Source: Candidatus Methylomirabilis sp. (GTDB taxonomy: Bacteria; Methylomirabilota; Methylomirabilia; Methylomirabilales; Methylomirabilaceae). Taken from it: DNA of 48,649 nt. Position 1 is the first letter of the stretch. The number at the start of each line of letters is the position of its first letter. The notes under the pieces were generated by a model. It was not told where the DNA came from, did not search any database, and worked only from the letters and a program-made list of their open reading frames with translations. Where the stretch lies: the NCBI GenBank assembly GCA_041498975.1, contig JBGQJI010000003.1, forward strand, positions 1 to 48,649, written 5' to 3'. The position numbers were made by a program, and so were the translations under genes. Shown piece after piece: positions 32,613 through 44,262 of the stretch.

Positions 32613-33905
32613 ATGATCTCTCGCTATGCGCTTCCCCGGATGGTGTCCGTCTGGGAGGCACGGAGCCGCTACGACACCTGGCTTCGCATCGAGCTGTTGG
32701 CGTGCGAGGCCTGGGCCGAGCTCGGCGTGGTTCCGCGCGAGGCGCTCGCCGTGATCCGAAACCGGGCCGCCTACGATCTCGAACGGATCCAGGAGATTGA
32801 ACGGGAGGTTCGACATGACGTCATTGCGTTTGTGTCGGCGGTGGCGGAGCAGGTCGGCCCGGAGGCGCGCTATCTCCACCTCGGACTGACCTCCTACGAT
32901 GTCGTAGACACCGCTCTTGCCGTTCAGCTTCAGCACGCGGCCGCCATCCTCATAGAGGATCTGGAGGCGCTCCGCATGGTTCTGGCCGATCTGGCCCGTC
33001 GGCACAAGCAGACCGTCATGGTGGGGCGGACGCATGGCGTGCACGCCGAGCCGATCACCTTCGGCTTGAAGCTGGCCCTCTGGTATGCCGAGGCGGGACG
33101 TGATCTCGACCGCCTCCGACGGGCCAGGGAGGCGGTGGCCTGCGGGAAACTCTCCGGCGCCGTCGGCACCTTCGCGCATCTTCCGCCGTTTGTGGAGCAA
33201 TACGTCTGCACCCGCCTCGGGCTCACGCCGGCGCCGATCTCCAGCCAGATCATCTCCAGGGACCGGCACGCGGAATTCGTCCAGACACTCGCCCTGGTCG
33301 GGACCTCGCTGGATAAGTTCGCGACGGAAATTCGCCATCTGCAGCGGACCGAGGTGCTCGAGGCCGAGGAACCGTTTGCCCCTGGCCAGAAGGGATCGTC
33401 AGCCATGCCTCACAAGCGAAACCCGGTCGCCTGCGAACAGGTGTCCGGATTGGCAAGGCTGCTGAGAAGCTACGCCCAGGCGACGCTGGAGAACGTCCCT
33501 CTCTGGCACGAGCGCGACATCAGCCACTCCTCGGTCGAGCGTGTCGTCCTGCCCGACTCGACCATCCTCCTGGACTACCTGCTGGTCCGATTTCGGGAGG
33601 TCCTCGAGGGACTCCTAGTCTATCCCGAACGGATGCGGCAGAACCTGGAACTGACTGGGGGTCTAGTCTTTTCGGAAGCGGTCTTGCTGGCGCTGGTCGG
33701 CAAAGGGCTGAGCCGGGAAGAAGCCTACCGTCTGGTACAGCGACACGCCATGAAGGCCTGGCAGTCGCGTGAGCCCTTCAAGCAGCTCCTGCTGGCCGAC
33801 CCGGAGGTCCGCCGTCACCTCTCGGCTGCCGAGGTTGAAAAGTGCTTCGATCTCGGCTATCATCTGCGGCATCTGGATGAGATTTTCGCCCGTGTCGGGC
33901 TCTGA
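32613..33905 (+). CDS. purB: Adenylosuccinate lyase
   Basis: [44 protein letters not shown]; start trimmed to ATG 32613. Confidence 0.98.
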   Translation: MISRYALPRMVSVWEARSRYDTWLRIELLACEAWAELGVVPREALAVIRNRAAYDLERIQEIEREVRHDVIAFVSAVAEQVGPEARYLHLGLTSYDVVDTALAVQLQHAAAILIEDLEALRMVLADLARRHKQTVMVGRTHGVHAEPITFGLKLALWYAEAGRDLDRLRRAREAVACGKLSGAVGTFAHLPPFVEQYVCTRLGLTPAPISSQIISRDRHAEFVQTLALVGTSLDKFATEIRHLQRTEVLEAEEPFAPGQKGSSAMPHKRNPVACEQVSGLARLLRSYAQATLENVPLWHERDISHSSVERVVLPDSTILLDYLLVRFREVLEGLLVYPERMRQNLELTGGLVFSEAVLLALVGKGLSREEAYRLVQRHAMKAWQSREPFKQLLLADPEVRRHLSAAEVEKCFDLGYHLRHLDEIFARVGL

Positions 33906-33969
33906 GTTCGAGGTGCGAAGTGCGAAGTGCGAGGTGCGAAGCTGCTGAATGAACCTGGCACCTCGCACC
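33905..33969. repeat. Inverted heptamer array (RGTGCGA / TCGCACC)
   Basis: AGTTCGA-GGTGCGA-AGTGCGA-AGTGCGA-GGTGCGA ... TGGCACC-TCGCACC. Confidence 0.8.
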
Positions 33970-33982
33970 GTTTGCTGAGAAC

Positions 33983-34237
33983 ATGCTTACTGCGAAAATC
34001 TACGTGACGTTGAAGCCTGGCGTCCTCGACGCCCAGGGTGATACGGTGAAGTCGGCCCTCGAGACGCTGGGTTTCAAGGGGATAGAAGACGTCCGGATCG
34101 GGAAATTCCTGGTGGTCAGGCTGGACGGCGACGCCAGAGAGCAGGCCAGGGCGCGGGTTGAGGAGATGTGCAGGAGACTCCTCGCGAATCCGGTTATCGA
34201 GGATTACAGCTTCGAGGTGGAGGAGGCCGGGGGGTGA
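33983..34237 (+). CDS. purS: FGAM synthase subunit PurS
   Basis: [25 protein letters not shown]. Confidence 0.97.
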   Translation: MLTAKIYVTLKPGVLDAQGDTVKSALETLGFKGIEDVRIGKFLVVRLDGDAREQARARVEEMCRRLLANPVIEDYSFEVEEAGG

Positions 34238-34929
34238 AGTTTGGCATCGTGGTGTTCCCCGGCTCCTGGAGCCAGCAGGACTTCCATCATGTGATCGTGA
34301 ACGTCCTGAAGGAGGACGCCTGCTACCTCTGGCACAAGGAAGCCGACCTCAACGGCGCCGATTGCGTGATTCTGCCGGGGGGCTTCGCCCATGGCGACTA
34401 CCTCAGAACCGGCGCGATCGCCCGATTCTCTCCGGTCATGCGCGAGGTGGCCCGATTTGCCGACAAGGGCGGCCTGGTCCTCGGGAGCTGCAACGGCTTT
34501 CAGATCTTGACCGAGGCGGGGCTGTTGCCCGGCGCGCTCCTGCGCAACGATTGTCTCCACTACCGGTGCAGGTGGGTCCATCTGAGGGTCGAGAGCGGAC
34601 ACACCCCGTTTTCCTCCGCCATGCAGCGGGGGCAGGTGGTGCGGATGCCGATCTCCCACGGCGAAGGGCGATACTACATCGACCAGGCGGGGTGGAGGAG
34701 GCTCGTGGAGAACGACCAGATCGTCTTTCGCTATTGCGACGAAAAGGGAGCGCTCACCGAGGAAGCGAACCCCAACGGCTCGCTTGACCATGTCGCCGGA
34801 GTCTGCAACGAGCGCCGCAATGTCCTCGGACTGATGCCCCATCCGGAGCGGGCCGCAGAGCCGATTCTCGGGTCGGAGGATGGCCGCCTGATCTTCGCGT
34901 CGATCCTTCACACCCTTGCCCGCGCCTGA
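34234..34929 (+). CDS. purQ: FGAM synthase glutaminase subunit PurQ
   Basis: VFPGS, PGGF..GDYLR, CNGFQIL, HGEG, MPHPER; GTG overlapping the purS stop. Confidence 0.97.
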   Translation: MKFGIVVFPGSWSQQDFHHVIVNVLKEDACYLWHKEADLNGADCVILPGGFAHGDYLRTGAIARFSPVMREVARFADKGGLVLGSCNGFQILTEAGLLPGALLRNDCLHYRCRWVHLRVESGHTPFSSAMQRGQVVRMPISHGEGRYYIDQAGWRRLVENDQIVFRYCDEKGALTEEANPNGSLDHVAGVCNERRNVLGLMPHPERAAEPILGSEDGRLIFASILHTLARA

Positions 34930-34939
34930 GGCCCTCTCC

Positions 34940-37162
<2,223 letters not shown>

Positions 37163-37179
37163 GCGGAGCGGGGGTCACG

Positions 37180-38484
37180 ATGAAACCGGTGCAGATCGGC
37201 ATATTGGGGTTCGGGACGGTGGGGTCCGGGGTCGTGAAGCTGATCCAGGAGAACGGCGCTCTTCTGGAACGGCGGCTCGGCGGGCAGATCGTCATCCGGA
37301 AGATCGCCGACATCGACATCACGCGCAGGCGAAACGTCGACGTGGACCCGGCCCTGCTGACCACCGATGCGATGGCGGTGCTCAACGATCCTGCCATCGA
37401 CATCATCGTGGAGTTGATCGGAGGCCGCGATCCGGCGCTACGGTTCTGCCGGGAGGCGCTGGCTCGGAAGAAACATCTGGTGACCGCCAACAAGGCCCTT
37501 CTCGCCACCCACGGCCTTGAGCTGTACCGGGCCGCCGCCGCTCAGCGGGTATCGATCGGCTTTGAGGCGAGCGTCTGCGGCGGCATCCCGTTGATCCGAG
37601 CCGTGAAAGAGGGGCTGGTTGCCGATCGGGTCCGCTCGATCACCGGCATCGTGAACGGCACCTGCAACTACATCCTCACGACGATGACGGAGAGCAAACG
37701 ACCATTCGCCGAGGTGCTGGCAGAGGCTCAGGCCAAAGGATATGCCGAGGCGAACCCTTCGCTGGACGTGGACGGGATCGACGCCGCCCACAAGCTTCAG
37801 ATCCTGGCGACCCTGGCGTTCGGCGCCTACGTCCCCTTCGACCGGATCTTCGTCGAGGGGATCCGGAAGGTCGATGCCTCTGACATCGAGTATGCGGGGG
37901 ACCTGGGGTTCCGGATCAAGCTGTTGGCGATCGCCAAGCAGCTCAACGGCGAGCTGGAGGCCAGAGTCCACCCCGCCCTCATCCCGGAAGATCACCTGCT
38001 GGCCTCTGTCGGCGGCGTCTACAATGCCGTCTACGTCGTCGGGGAGGCAGTCGGCTCCCTCATGTTCTACGGCCGGGGCGCCGGCCAGATGCCGACCGCC
38101 TCGGCGGTCGTCAGCGACATCGCCGAAATCGCCAGGGGCCTGCTCCAGGATCGGACCGCGAGGCCCGTCCCCCCTCCGCAGCTTTCCGATCAGGAGGCCG
38201 AAATCAAGGACATGACCCAGGTCCGCACCTGTTACTACCTCAGGATCATGGCGATCGACAAGCCGGGAGTCCTCTCCAGGGTGGCGGGGATCCTGGGCAG
38301 CAACAACATCAGCATCGCGTCGGTCATCCAGAAGGGGCGCCAGGAGCAGAGCGCAGTGCCGATCGTCATGATGACCCACGAGGCGGTAGAGGGCGACATG
38401 CAACGCTCACTCAAGGCCATAGACCATCTCGATGTCGTGAGCCGGGAGACCGTCTGTCTCAGGGTTGAAGGGGTGGCCGGGTGA
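37180..38484 (+). CDS. hom: Homoserine dehydrogenase with C-terminal ACT domain
   Basis: GFGTVG, VTANK, EASVCGGIP, NGTCNYIL, GRGAG, DKPGVL. Confidence 0.97.
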   Translation: MKPVQIGILGFGTVGSGVVKLIQENGALLERRLGGQIVIRKIADIDITRRRNVDVDPALLTTDAMAVLNDPAIDIIVELIGGRDPALRFCREALARKKHLVTANKALLATHGLELYRAAAAQRVSIGFEASVCGGIPLIRAVKEGLVADRVRSITGIVNGTCNYILTTMTESKRPFAEVLAEAQAKGYAEANPSLDVDGIDAAHKLQILATLAFGAYVPFDRIFVEGIRKVDASDIEYAGDLGFRIKLLAIAKQLNGELEARVHPALIPEDHLLASVGGVYNAVYVVGEAVGSLMFYGRGAGQMPTASAVVSDIAEIARGLLQDRTARPVPPPQLSDQEAEIKDMTQVRTCYYLRIMAIDKPGVLSRVAGILGSNNISIASVIQKGRQEQSAVPIVMMTHEAVEGDMQRSLKAIDHLDVVSRETVCLRVEGVAG

Positions 38485-38491
38485 GCCTGTC

Positions 38492-39556
38492 ATGACGACC
38501 ACGAGCTGGAAAGGGGTCATCGACCGCTACAAGGCGTACCTCCCTGTGACCGATCGGACGCCGGTCGTCACCCTCAATGAGGGGAACACCCCGCTCATAC
38601 GCGCCGAGCGGCTGCGAGCAGCGCTGGGGCTAGAGGCGGAGGTGTACCTGAAGTGCGAGGGGATGAACCCGACCGGCTCCTTCAAGGACAGGGGGATGAC
38701 GGTGGCCATCAGCAAGGCGGTAGAGGAGGGGGCCAGGGCCGTGATCTGCGCCTCCACCGGCAATACCTCCGCCTCCGCCTCGGCATACGCCGCCAGGGCA
38801 GGCCTTCGGGCCTTTGTCCTGATCCCGGAGGCGAAGATCGCGCGGGGGAAGCTCTCGCAAGCCATGATCCATGGCGCCCAGGTGCTGCAGATCGAGGGAA
38901 ATTTCGATCAAGCCCTGCGAATCGTGAGGGAGATCTCCGGAGATCGGGCCATCGCGCTCGTCAACTCTCTCAACCCGTACCGCATCGAGGGGCAGAAGAG
39001 CGCAGCCTTTGAGGTCTGCGACCGTCTCGGCCGGAGCCCGGACTACCACTTCATTCCGGTCGGAAACGCGGGCAATATCACCGCCTACTGGAAGGGGTAC
39101 CAGGAGTACTTGAAGGACGGGCGGATCAGATCGTTGCCGAAGATGATGGGGTGGCAGGCGGAAGGCGCGGCTCCGATCGTCCGCGGGAAGGTGATCGAGC
39201 AGCCCGAGACCGTTGCATCGGCCATCCAGATCGGCAACCCGGCGAGCTGGGGTGGGGCGGTAGCGGCAGCGAAGGAATCCGGGGGGCGGATCGACATGGT
39301 GTCCGACGGCGAGATCATCGATGCCTATCGGCTCCTGGCCCATTCCGAAGGGATCTTTTGTGAATTGGCCTCGGCCGCCTCGGTGGCCGGGCTCATCAAG
39401 TTCTGCCGAACGAATCGCTTCCCGAGGGACGCAGTAATCGTCTGCGTCCTCACGGGACACGGCCTGAAAGACCCAGATGCCGCCATCCGCCTTTCGCCGG
39501 GACCTGTCACGGTTAAAGCCGATCCAGAGGCTGTTCTGAAGCTCCTTTCCGGCTGA
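38492..39556 (+). CDS. thrC: Threonine synthase
   Basis: EGNTPL, NPTGSFKDRG (PLP Lys), ASTGNT, PVGNAGN, TGHGLKD. Confidence 0.97.
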   Translation: MTTTSWKGVIDRYKAYLPVTDRTPVVTLNEGNTPLIRAERLRAALGLEAEVYLKCEGMNPTGSFKDRGMTVAISKAVEEGARAVICASTGNTSASASAYAARAGLRAFVLIPEAKIARGKLSQAMIHGAQVLQIEGNFDQALRIVREISGDRAIALVNSLNPYRIEGQKSAAFEVCDRLGRSPDYHFIPVGNAGNITAYWKGYQEYLKDGRIRSLPKMMGWQAEGAAPIVRGKVIEQPETVASAIQIGNPASWGGAVAAAKESGGRIDMVSDGEIIDAYRLLAHSEGIFCELASAASVAGLIKFCRTNRFPRDAVIVCVLTGHGLKDPDAAIRLSPGPVTVKADPEAVLKLLSG

Positions 39557-39575
39557 GTGGCTGGAAGATTTTCGT

Positions 39576-39604
39576 TTGACAGGACCGGCCTGCAACGGTA
39601 TAGT
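39576..39604 (+). promoter_or_regulatory. Sigma-70 promoter of the tRNA cluster
   Basis: TTGACA-N17-TATAGT, 12 nt upstream of tRNA-Gly. Confidence 0.85.
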
Positions 39605-39616
39605 CTTGCACCGTGA

Positions 39617-39691
39617 GCGGGAATAGCTCAGTGGCAGAGCATCGCCTTGCCAAGGCGAGGGTCGCGGGTTCAAATCCCGTTTCCCGCTCCA
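39617..39691 (+). tRNA. tRNA-Gly (GCC)
   Basis: GCGGGAA/TTCCCGC acceptor stem, anticodon loop TTGCCAA, GGTTCAAATCC T-arm, encoded CCA. Confidence 0.97.
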
Positions 39692-39822
39692 AACCTACGT
39701 TACACAGAGCCCCTGTCGGGCACGTTGTCCGTTCATCAGTGACGAATTTCGTGTCGTGCCGTACCCAGCCTGTGTCCTCTTCTTCCTCAGTGAGCGGATG
39801 ATGCGATCATTGCCCATCCCAC

Positions 39823-39898
39823 GGCGGCGTAGCCAAGTGGCTAAGGCAGAGGTCTGCAAAACCTTTATTCGGCGGTTCGAGTCCGCCCGCCGCCTCCA
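39823..39898 (+). tRNA. tRNA-Cys (GCA)
   Basis: GGCGGCG/CGCCGCC acceptor stem, CTGCAAA anticodon loop, GTTCGAGTC, U73 discriminator, CCA. Confidence 0.97.
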
Positions 39899-39989
39899 CT
39901 CCAGCCCGATCCTTTCCTGGGAACCTTGCTGAGATTGTGATCGAGCCAGCCCGACTGCTGCAACTGCTCTCTCCGGCCCGAGGATATCC

Positions 39990-40454
39990 ATGATCCTCTC
40001 CCGGATCAAAGCTCGTCTGTCTGCCGCGTCGCTCCTGATGCTGATGACCGCCATCGGGTGCGCGCCGATTCAGCCGCCGCCCCCCCTTGAGGCTCCGGTG
40101 CGGCTTCGGCCAGTCCTCGGAGAGCAGGTCCCACTCATCACGTTAATGCTCTGGCATGCTCGGGACCTGTCCTTGACGCCTGAACAGGTCCTGGCCCTTG
40201 AGGCTCTCCGTAGCGATTTCCAACGAACAGCGGATCTCCAGACGGCAGAGCTACAGCGCATAGAACTTGAGCTGCAGGGCTTGCTGAGTAGGGAGCAGAT
40301 CGATATCGTTTCCGTGGAAGCAAGAATTCGGAGAATAGAGGCTCTTCGAACTGAGCTCCGTTTCGGGCGGATCAAGACCGTCGAGAAGGGGAAGGCGATC
40401 CTCACGCCGGAGCAGTGGCGGAAGGTTTTGCCGCTGATTCGCGGCGGACCATAG
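39990..40454 (+). CDS. Putative lipoprotein, Spy/CpxP-like (LTxxQ motifs)
   Basis: Signal peptide ending TAIGC; LSLTPEQ and ILTPEQW motifs; helical, charged body. Confidence 0.7.
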   Translation: MILSRIKARLSAASLLMLMTAIGCAPIQPPPPLEAPVRLRPVLGEQVPLITLMLWHARDLSLTPEQVLALEALRSDFQRTADLQTAELQRIELELQGLLSREQIDIVSVEARIRRIEALRTELRFGRIKTVEKGKAILTPEQWRKVLPLIRGGP

Positions 40455-40476
40455 CGGATGAAAGGGGGGACAGCCC

Positions 40477-40746
40477 GTGGCTAGGCGGACCAAGGTTCAA
40501 GTCGGCAACGAGACCGTTGACGGGATCGACCTGGATTTCCGGACGCTCCGAGAGGAGTGGAATGAGTATGAGACCGAGGACGGGAGCCGGATCCGAGTCA
40601 AGCTGGTCGTGAGCGAGATCATTCGGACAGATCGGTATGATCATCAGGTAGACCAACCGATCTACGTGGTCCGTTCCGGAAACATCGTGGTCACAAAGGC
40701 TGCAGATGAGTTGAAGGAGGACCTCCGGCGAAGAGCGTCCGGATAG
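40477..40746 (+). CDS. Hypothetical small beta-rich protein
   Basis: 89-aa ORF after AAAGGGGG; EEWNEYETEDGSRIRVKLVV looks like a real conserved uncharacterised motif. Confidence 0.75.
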   Translation: MARRTKVQVGNETVDGIDLDFRTLREEWNEYETEDGSRIRVKLVVSEIIRTDRYDHQVDQPIYVVRSGNIVVTKAADELKEDLRRRASG

Positions 40747-40892
40747 CCACCGACTAATTCCATAGATAATATTATCATAATCAATAGTTTATGGAGATAT
40801 TATTAACTAATACCTTAAGTCATTTTCGATCTCGGAGCGAGCGCAAATGATTTGATGCGGAGAGCGAACTCCCCCTCCACAGGAGGGATATT

Positions 40893-40979
40893 GCCGGGGT
40901 GGCGGAACTGGGAGACGCACGGGACTTAAAATCCTGCGAACGCGAGTTCATGCGGGTTCGACTCCCGCCCCCGGCACCA
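40893..40979 (+). tRNA. tRNA-Leu (TAA)
   Basis: GCCGGGG/CCCCGGC acceptor stem, CTTAAAA anticodon loop, long variable arm, GTTCGACTC, ACCA. Confidence 0.96.
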
Positions 40980-41071
40980 TTTACATTAATAACTTACAAG
41001 CCTCATGCACGATTGGCGTGCCTCGGTTTTCCTCAAATTGTCAGCGCCTTGAGCGTTGACGGACTGTATCC

Positions 41072-41100
41072 TTGGCGCTCATAATCCTCTCTGATACAAT
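41072..41100 (+). promoter_or_regulatory. Possible sigma-70 promoter
   Basis: TTGGCG-N17-TACAAT with TG extension; alternative TTGACG-N18-CATAAT overlaps. Confidence 0.45.
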
Positions 41101-41156
41101 ACCCGAAGCCTGTACACCAGCACACGACGACTCACAATTACGCAAGGAGGAAAACC

Positions 41157-41465
41157 ATGCGAAGGAGCAGGAGCTTTGTCACCGCTCTTGTCGTCACGGG
41201 CCTTCTGGCCACAGCCATAGGTCTGATGGCCTCATTGGCACAGGCCCAAGATGTCACGCGACTGGTCCGCGAAGGCCAGGTGCTCGCCATGAGCTTCACC
41301 GAGATCACCATCCAGGAGGATGGAACGGGGAAGCAAACCTATAGCTTGGGGCCAACCGGGCTGTGGAGCCTGAACGCTCAGGGCATCGTTCTGGGCGATA
41401 GAATCCGGTATACCGTCTACGGGAGCTCGGGCTACGCCCACGACTTCCAGAAGCTCGGCAAGTGA
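41157..41465 (+). CDS. Small secreted hypothetical protein
   Basis: Strong AAGGAGG SD; signal peptide with AQA cleavage motif; about 70-aa beta-rich mature part. Confidence 0.8.
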   Translation: MRRSRSFVTALVVTGLLATAIGLMASLAQAQDVTRLVREGQVLAMSFTEITIQEDGTGKQTYSLGPTGLWSLNAQGIVLGDRIRYTVYGSSGYAHDFQKLGK

Positions 41466-41519
41466 GGTGGGCGGGCTGCCGCCATCTCAGCTCTAGTAGG
41501 ATGTCGCCGGAGCACGCGC

Positions 41520-43655
41520 ATGGATGCCGCCACGCCACTCGCCGAGCCGACGCCGCGAGACTCCGACCTCCTCGTCTGCCTCGCGGCCATCGGGCGAGCG
41601 CTCCACGCGGAGTTTCAGCCGCGACTCTTCTTGAATGAACTCTCGACGGCACTGCGTCCGCTCGTCCCCCACGATCGTCTGGACATCGGCGCCCTTGCCG
41701 AGGACCGGCGAACGTTCTCAGTGTTCGCCGAACATGGCACACCAGGATTCTTGCCTCGGACGGAACGCTATACGACGGACCTGGAGCGCACGGCGCGTAT
41801 CCCGGTCGCCGACTCACCTCTCGCCGTGGTGTTCGACGGCGAGGTGCTCTGTGCCTCGCACCTTCAGGCCGATCCCCGCTTCGTCCGTCACGCGGACGAG
41901 CTGAGAGCGGCGGGGCTGCAATCGGCGGTGTTCGTGCCGCTCATGAACGGCAAGCGCGTGATCGGCGAACTCGGCGCGGGGAGTCGCGTCGCGGACGCCT
42001 ACGACGACGTCCACATCGAGCGGCTGCGCAGCGTCGGGCACCTGATCGGCCCGCTCATCGAGATGATCGTCCTGATTCACCGGCAGCGCCGGGTCCAGCA
42101 CCACTTGGGACTGCTGCAGGGAATCACGCACATGCTGGGGACCACGCTTCACGTGAGCCAGGTTCTCGCGCCCCTCGGTGAGGCGTTGCGGCGTGCGATC
42201 GACTTCGACACCTTGGGAGTGATCCTCCTCAAGCCCGCCGCCGCGGAGTACGCGTTTTTTGGAACGGTCGGCGAACCGCCAGTGCCTGGTGTCGAGAGCA
42301 TCCCTACCAAGGAGTTCTCCTACGCCGGAGCGGTGATGGCGGGCCGACCGGTCCTCTTCGTCGAGGCCTCGAGGGAACTCGATCCGGTCTTCGCAGGCGA
42401 TCGGGTCATGCTCACCGCCGGGTACCAGAGCTTCTTCTTGGTGCCGATGCAGTTCGGCGACGAGATCGGCGGTGCGCTCTTCTTCGGCAAGCATGAGCCG
42501 TACTATTACGACGGCGTCGACGTCGAGGTCGCCGGCGTCGTCGCGAGCCGGATCGTCATCGGAATCCAACACCAGCGGCTGGCCGAGCACCAGCAACGGC
42601 TAGGGGCCATCGAGGCGCAGGCGCAGAAGCTCGAGCAGCAGGTGGCGTCGCTGCGGACCACGCTCGACGGCCGCTTCGGCTTCGACGCCATCATCGGGCG
42701 CGCGCCGAAGTTCGTCGCGGCTGTCGAGGACGCCCGAAAGGTAGCCGTCACGAACACGACCGTGCTGCTCACGGGGGAGAGTGGGACCGGCAAGGAGGTC
42801 CTGGCTCTGGCGATCCACCAGGCGAGCCCGCGGGCCGACGGCCCGTTCATCGCCCTGAACTGCGCGGCGCTGCCCGAGACGCTGATCGAGTCGGAACTCT
42901 TCGGCCACGAGCGCGGCGCCTTCACGGGTGCCGACCGGCTCAAGCGCGGTCGATTCGAGCTGGCCGGCGGCGGCACGCTCTTCCTCGACGAGATCGGCGA
43001 GCTGACGGCCGCCGTGCAGGCCAAGCTCCTGCGCGTGCTGCAGGATCGACGCTACGAGCGCGTCGGCGGCACGACGACGCTCAAGGCCGATGTCCGTCTC
43101 ATCGCGGCCACTAACCGCGACCCGGAACGCGGGGTCGCGGAGGGCCGGTTTCGCGAAGACCTGTACTATCGCCTGGCCGTGTTCCGGATCCATCTGCCGG
43201 CCCTGCGCGAACGGGGCGAGGACGTTTTGCTCCTCGCCGATCACTTCGTGCGCGAGCTGGGCGCCAAGATGGGCAAGCCGGAGCCCGGGCTGAACCGCGA
43301 GGCGCGGGATCTGCTGCTGGCGCACTCGTGGCCGGGCAACATCCGTGAGTTGCAGAACGCCCTCGAGCGGGCCCTCATCCTCTCGCAGGGCGAGTTGATC
43401 GCGGTGGAGCACCTCGGCCTCGCGCGGCGGCCGCGCGACGAGGCCGTACCTGCCACTGCGCCTGCCGTCGCTGCCCCGCCGACGGAAACCGCGACCAGCA
43501 CGCTCATCATCGCCGAACAGGAAAAGCGCCTGATCGTCGAAGCGCTCCGGCGTACGGGGGGCAACAAGACGCGGGCCGCCGCCGCACTCGGTCTCAGCCC
43601 CACGCAGCTTCTCCGGCGTATCCGCCGCTTCGGGCTGGACAGGCACTCGGTGTAG
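41520..43655 (+). CDS. Sigma-54 enhancer-binding activator, two GAF-like domains + AAA+ + Fis HTH (FhlA/NifA-like layout)
   Basis: [59 protein letters not shown]. Confidence 0.95.
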   Translation: MDAATPLAEPTPRDSDLLVCLAAIGRALHAEFQPRLFLNELSTALRPLVPHDRLDIGALAEDRRTFSVFAEHGTPGFLPRTERYTTDLERTARIPVADSPLAVVFDGEVLCASHLQADPRFVRHADELRAAGLQSAVFVPLMNGKRVIGELGAGSRVADAYDDVHIERLRSVGHLIGPLIEMIVLIHRQRRVQHHLGLLQGITHMLGTTLHVSQVLAPLGEALRRAIDFDTLGVILLKPAAAEYAFFGTVGEPPVPGVESIPTKEFSYAGAVMAGRPVLFVEASRELDPVFAGDRVMLTAGYQSFFLVPMQFGDEIGGALFFGKHEPYYYDGVDVEVAGVVASRIVIGIQHQRLAEHQQRLGAIEAQAQKLEQQVASLRTTLDGRFGFDAIIGRAPKFVAAVEDARKVAVTNTTVLLTGESGTGKEVLALAIHQASPRADGPFIALNCAALPETLIESELFGHERGAFTGADRLKRGRFELAGGGTLFLDEIGELTAAVQAKLLRVLQDRRYERVGGTTTLKADVRLIAATNRDPERGVAEGRFREDLYYRLAVFRIHLPALRERGEDVLLLADHFVRELGAKMGKPEPGLNREARDLLLAHSWPGNIRELQNALERALILSQGELIAVEHLGLARRPRDEAVPATAPAVAAPPTETATSTLIIAEQEKRLIVEALRRTGGNKTRAAAALGLSPTQLLRRIRRFGLDRHSV

Positions 43656-43753
43656 CCCCGGCTGTTCGCCGACAGCTGGCCGGCGGGACGACGGCCGCGC
43701 ACCTCGACGGAGCGTGCTGCGGCTGAGGCAGTCCGCCGCAGCGCTGTGCGCTG

Positions 43754-43930
43754 TGCGTTTTCGACCGGTATCCGTGCGGAATCGCGTACTCGTCCTGCGG
43801 AATCGCGCGGCCTGAGTCCTGCCCCCCTCCCGGACGTCACCGTAAGTGATTGACTTTCCAGCGTTGGCCAGTGTTCCGGAGATCTGGCGCGTCGCTTGCA
43901 CCGCATGCGTCATGTGGCGCTCTGCTTGCG
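43754..43930 (+). promoter_or_regulatory. Sigma-54 promoter module 1: three UAS-like boxes, IHF-like site, two tandem -24/-12 elements
   Basis: TGCG-N4-CG boxes at 43754, 43775, 43796; TAAGTGATTGACT at 43843; TGGCGC-N5-TTGCA at 43885; TGGCGC-N5-TTGCG at 43915. Confidence 0.8.
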
Positions 43931-43964
43931 CCGAATGCGGGCATCGAAAAAGCGAGGTGCATCC

Positions 43965-44234
43965 GTGACTCAACTCGCGGTCGAGCGAACAATCGGTAAG
44001 CTGGCGACGGACCCACGTTTCCGTGTGCGATTTTTCGCGGATCCCGCGGCGGCGACATGGGAGGCCGGTCTCCAGTTGTCGCCCGGGGAGCTCGAGGCGC
44101 TGTCCGCACTGTCGCACACGGCGGTCACCCGGTTCAGCGAGAGTCTCGACCCGCGCATCAGCCGGCTAGGTCTCGACGCGACGGACACGCCCCGGCCGGC
44201 GGAGCGCATGGACGGTGACCCTGATGTGGAGTAG
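43965..44234 (+). CDS. Small NHLP-clan (Os1348-like) RiPP-leader-like protein, 89 aa
   Basis: GAGGTG SD + GTG; AVERTIGKLATDPRFRVRFFADPAAA...GLQLSPGELEAL matches the D..FR..F..DP...G..L...E pattern of NHLP/Nif11-type leaders (from recall). Confidence 0.75.
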   Translation: MTQLAVERTIGKLATDPRFRVRFFADPAAATWEAGLQLSPGELEALSALSHTAVTRFSESLDPRISRLGLDATDTPRPAERMDGDPDVE

Positions 44235-44262
44235 CGACCCGCGCCACCGGGTTCGCGAGGCT

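Noticed and set aside
39613..39801. Short ORFs overlapping tRNA genes (also 40899-41084 and 39695-40054)
   Set aside because: These are translations of tRNA sequence, not genes.
39692..39822. Possible structured ncRNA between tRNA-Gly and tRNA-Cys
   Set aside because: Only short imperfect pairings (ACACAG/CTGTGT, GGCACG/CGTGCC) and no recognisable family.
40874..40880. CCTCCAC as a duplicated tRNA-Cys 3' end (att site)
   Set aside because: Only a 7-bp match, and it is part of a local CCCTCC/GGAGGG hairpin. Too short to support integration.
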